A DNA stretch of 62,778 nucleotides from an uncultured Bacilli bacterium (lineage in GTDB: Bacteria > Bacillota_I > Bacilli_A > RF39 > UBA660), in assembly GCA_947628745.1 (NCBI GenBank), contig CANRBB010000001.1, forward strand, positions 1 through 62,778, read 5' to 3'. The notes under the pieces are model-generated. The model made no database searches. It was not told the origin of the DNA and saw only the letters and a program-made list of their open reading frames with translations. The first letter of the stretch is position 1, and every line of letters begins with the position of its first letter. Made by a program: the position numbers and the translations under genes. Shown in pieces: positions 59,621-62,778 of this stretch.

Positions 59621-60775
59621 TTATGGTCGTGGAACGTAAGTAAATGGATTTATAATATGTTTAATGTAAATCTCATATTTGGTATTATAACCCCATCCAT
59701 AATCATTGGCCATTTCTAAATGTAAGTGGCATCCTGAAGAATTTCCTGTTGATCCCATATAAGCGATAATAGTATTTGAGTCAACATCTTGACCAACTGA
59801 AACTTGAATGTTCGGTTGAACATGGGCATATTGGGAAAATACTAATCTTCCATTTACATTATGTACAATGAGAACCATGTAAGCATGGTAGATATCTAGA
59901 GTATTACCTACATAATATACTCTACCTGGTGCTATGGCGTGGACTGGTGTTCCACATCCTTTAACAATATCTACTCCCTTATGGCCATTACCATAGTTCC
60001 AACTGATTCTACCTCCGTCTATAGGGAATCTAAAACCGTTAGGACCAATTAGGGCCCCTGGAGTAACATTTCCTGAGCTGTTACTTTCTACCTGTTTAGG
60101 TTTATCACAAGTTACTCCGATAATATCGTTAGATTTACAACCTTTGCTCTTATAATAAGCTACTCGATTCTTATAAAGTTCTATTTGACCTTTAGTATCT
60201 GGGACAGTTCCCTCAATACCGTTAATTTCTTCTATAATTCTTTCTTTTTCAGACTCTAGTTTCTTTCTTAAAGTAGAAAGCTCCGTTTTTTTAGCTTCTA
60301 GGGACTGTTTTTTTTGCTTATTTTGTTCTATTAATTGTGTCAACTCTTTCATAATTTGATCGTTATAAGCTGTTAGTTGCTCCACGATTGATAACCTATA
60401 TATCATATCAGTTATAGTTTCTGCTCCAAAAGCATATTCTAAATAAGCATTGTCTCCATCTTCTATTTGATAATACTCCATAATTTTTTTACTTTCTTCA
60501 CTTTTTTTAACTATTTCTTGATTACTTTTTTCTATTTCTGCTTCAAGGTTTTTAATATCAGTCTCAGCTTGAGCTATTTGCCCTTCTATCTTAGCGATAT
60601 TTCTTTTTACTTCCTCTACTTCTTCCTTACTTTTGGCAATTTTAGCTTCTTTTTCTTTTAACTCAGCCGTATATTTAGCGACGGCGTCTTCATATTCTTT
60701 TAATGTAGTGGCATTAGTTGTTTCTGGTATTAATATGGCTATAATTAAGATAATTAAAATAAATCTTCTTTTCAT
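59621..60775 (-). CDS. M23 (LytM) peptidase with signal peptide and long coiled-coil N-terminal domain (EnvC/PcsB-like FtsEX partner)
   Basis: HKGVD (HxxxD) and CHLHLE (HxH) motifs. Heptad-rich residues 25-190. Directly downstream of ftsEX. Confidence 0.85.
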   Translation of the reverse strand: MKRRFILIILIIAILIPETTNATTLKEYEDAVAKYTAELKEKEAKIAKSKEEVEEVKRNIAKIEGQIAQAETDIKNLEAEIEKSNQEIVKKSEESKKIMEYYQIEDGDNAYLEYAFGAETITDMIYRLSIVEQLTAYNDQIMKELTQLIEQNKQKKQSLEAKKTELSTLRKKLESEKERIIEEINGIEGTVPDTKGQIELYKNRVAYYKSKGCKSNDIIGVTCDKPKQVESNSSGNVTPGALIGPNGFRFPIDGGRISWNYGNGHKGVDIVKGCGTPVHAIAPGRVYYVGNTLDIYHAYMVLIVHNVNGRLVFSQYAHVQPNIQVSVGQDVDSNTIIAYMGSTGNSSGCHLHLEMANDYGWGYNTKYEIYIKHIINPFTYVPRP

Positions 60776-60778
60776 TGA

Positions 60779-61690
60779 CTACACCTTCAAATACTTTCGT
60801 ACAGCACTAGCACTGCCAATCATGCCTACTAAGATACCTATTACTAAAATAATGATAGAAACATTATAAATGAAAGGTGTAGCACTAATTAATTTAATTA
60901 ATGGTGAAAAAACTTGACCATTTAATCTATTATATAAAGCTGGATAACCAAATATAATTATTAATATTGGTATTATTGAGCCTATCATGCCTAAAATCAT
61001 ACCTTCTATTATGAAAGGAGTTTTGATGGTGAAATTGCTTGCTCCAACTAGGCGCATAATACTAATTTCTCTTTTTCGAGAAAAAATAGTTAATTTAATT
61101 GTATTAATAATAAGGAAGATGGTGACTACTATTAAAGCAACAACAGCAATATAAGTTATCTTCTTAGTGGTCTCAAATGCTGAAACCATTTGTTCAACCA
61201 TACCTTCTCCATATCTTACGACAGCGACCTTGTCTATTTGTCTTATTTTTTGCGCTGTTTCGCCGATTTTAGTGGCATCATTTACTTTTAGTTGAAAAGT
61301 ATCTTTTAAAGGATTGTCTTGTTCCTCCCAGTCTTTCATTATTGTACTGAATATTTCTGATTCTTTGCCCATTTCTTCTTTAATTGTTTTTTTATCCTTA
61401 TAGACAATCTCCTTTTTATTTATGGCCTTTATTTCTTTGATTTGGCTTTGAATGTCTTTAACATCGTCTTTAGTAGCATCATTGTCAAGAAAAACTACAA
61501 TGGTTAAATCTCTTTCAATTCTTTCTGTAAAATTTTCAACATTAAAAGATACTACTACGGAAACTGCTACTATGATAAGTGTAATACTAATACATGATAT
61601 TGAGGCAAGAGATAAACTGAAATTTCTAAAAACACTTTTGAAAGCATCTCTAATACTTCTCCCTAACATTCTAAGCATTTTCATTGTCAT
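60779..61690 (-). CDS. ftsX: Cell-division ABC transporter permease-like protein FtsX
   Basis: TM1, an extracellular domain, and three C-terminal TMs. Overlaps the ftsE stop. Confidence 0.88.
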   Translation of the reverse strand: MTMKMLRMLGRSIRDAFKSVFRNFSLSLASISCISITLIIVAVSVVVSFNVENFTERIERDLTIVVFLDNDATKDDVKDIQSQIKEIKAINKKEIVYKDKKTIKEEMGKESEIFSTIMKDWEEQDNPLKDTFQLKVNDATKIGETAQKIRQIDKVAVVRYGEGMVEQMVSAFETTKKITYIAVVALIVVTIFLIINTIKLTIFSRKREISIMRLVGASNFTIKTPFIIEGMILGMIGSIIPILIIIFGYPALYNRLNGQVFSPLIKLISATPFIYNVSIIILVIGILVGMIGSASAVRKYLKV

Positions 61691-62369
61691 ATGTTCCTTT
61701 CTCTTTGTTATTTACAAGTCTTCCCTCTTTTAAAGTAATGACTTGTTTCTTCATTTTATTAACGATTGCCTTATCATGTGTTACAACTATAATAGTTGTA
61801 CCTAATGTTTTATTGATATTATCTAATACTTTCATAATTTCTAGGCTCATTGTTGGATCTAGATTACCTGTTGGTTCATCGCATAACATCATCTTGGGCT
61901 TATTAACGATTGCCCTAGCTATGGCAACTCTTTGTTGTTCTCCTCCAGACAATTGATTAGGATAATTATGTACTTTGTTTTTTAGACCAACTAATTCTAA
62001 AGCCTTAAGTACCTTAGTTCTAATATTTTGTTTTTTATCTCCTATTACTTCCATTGCAAAGGCTACGTTCTCATATACTGTAAGCTTGGGCAATAGTCTA
62101 TAATCTTGGAAAACTATTCCTAATTTTCTTCTCAATTTATAAACTTTATTATTTCTCAACTTGGCAACATTAATACCCCCAACCATTATTTGTCCACTTG
62201 TGGGTTTTTCTTCTCTATATAGTAATTTCATTAATGTACTTTTGCCAGAGCCAGAATCTCCTATAACAAAAACAAAGGAACCTTTTTCAATAGATAGCGT
62301 TAAATCATGAAGTGCAGTGACACCATTTTTATATTGTTTTCGTACATTTTTTAGTCTGATTATATCCAC
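61671..62369 (-). CDS. ftsE: Cell-division ATP-binding protein FtsE
   Basis: GDSGSGKST, LSGGEQQR, MMLCDEPTG. GTG start after AGGTGG. Confidence 0.9.
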   Translation of the reverse strand: MDIIRLKNVRKQYKNGVTALHDLTLSIEKGSFVFVIGDSGSGKSTLMKLLYREEKPTSGQIMVGGINVAKLRNNKVYKLRRKLGIVFQDYRLLPKLTVYENVAFAMEVIGDKKQNIRTKVLKALELVGLKNKVHNYPNQLSGGEQQRVAIARAIVNKPKMMLCDEPTGNLDPTMSLEIMKVLDNINKTLGTTIIVVTHDKAIVNKMKKQVITLKEGRLVNNKEKGTYDNENA

Positions 62370-62570
62370 TTAATTACCACCTACCTTGGTAACATGATTA
62401 TATCATACTTTATTCGACAGGAAAAGACATAAAGATAAGTTTGAAATTTTTGGAATTTTTGGCAAAGCAGATGGGAGAAGATTTCGAAGAATTTGAAACT
62501 GTTTTTATTTTCAATATTTAGTTTAACTGTTTACTATTTTTATGGCGTTTTTTGATATTGGCTATTTTAA

Positions 62571-62606
62571 TATCGTTTATCATCACATTATCGTTTATCA
62601 TCACAT
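62571..62606. repeat. Perfect tandem duplication, 18 bp x2 (TATCGTTTATCATCACAT)
   Basis: Verified base by base. A 9 bp x2 duplication (AATTTTTGG) lies at 62445-62462. Confidence 0.95.
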
Positions 62607-62778
62607 TATATTATACTTACTTTATTATTTATAACTTTAATATACTTTTTTTATTATATGTGTTGTGTTTAGATATCATCTTGGGTAGTATAAACTATGT
62701 CAATCGAGTAGAGTAAATTTTCAATAATTTTATTTATTGATATGATACCCTCTCACACCACCGTACGTACCGTTCAGT

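Noticed and set aside
62413-62419. A second perfect 0A-box heptamer (TTCGACA on the + strand), 45-50 bp upstream of ftsE.
   Set aside because: A 7-mer of this composition is expected several times by chance in 63 kb. There is no second box nearby and no supporting context.

Overview
Strongly AT-rich chromosomal window from a low-GC Firmicute. It is probably a spore-former, because it carries an unmistakable Spo0A and a BclA-type collagen-like protein; the exact taxon cannot be determined from the sequence. Nearly all genes are on the minus strand. Core content: truA; two EcfA-like ABC ATPases with degenerate motifs; an SDR; the complete S10-spc-alpha ribosomal cluster (rpsJ to rplQ, 3461-17531; rpmJ found by hand, rpmD absent); dinB; a mosaic glycolytic cluster (gap, pgk, tpiA, gpmI) interrupted by a GT4 glycolipid-type glycosyltransferase, spo0A and an AAA/DUF4143-type ATPase; clpP; whiA-yvcK-lgt; uvrA and uvrB; ftsE-ftsX-M23 peptidase. 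Accessory content: a transposase remnant plus an acyltransferase-3 gene; a two-gene TPR operon flanked by 0.6-1 kb of gene-free decayed DNA; an AMP-ligase plus hybrid histidine kinase operon; a collagen-like protein next to a surface-glycosylation cluster (GtrB-like GT2, a polytopic membrane protein broken at an A8 tract, a GT2-TPR protein). The least-explained signals are non-coding. (i) A co-oriented bipartite element of about 100 bp occurs in at least five intergenic regions. (ii) At least eight perfect two-copy tandem duplications of 12-25 bp, each with a different sequence, all lie in intergenic DNA. (iii) A CCACA-N5-TGTGG palindrome recurs at gene boundaries. No rRNA, tRNA or CRISPR array was seen.
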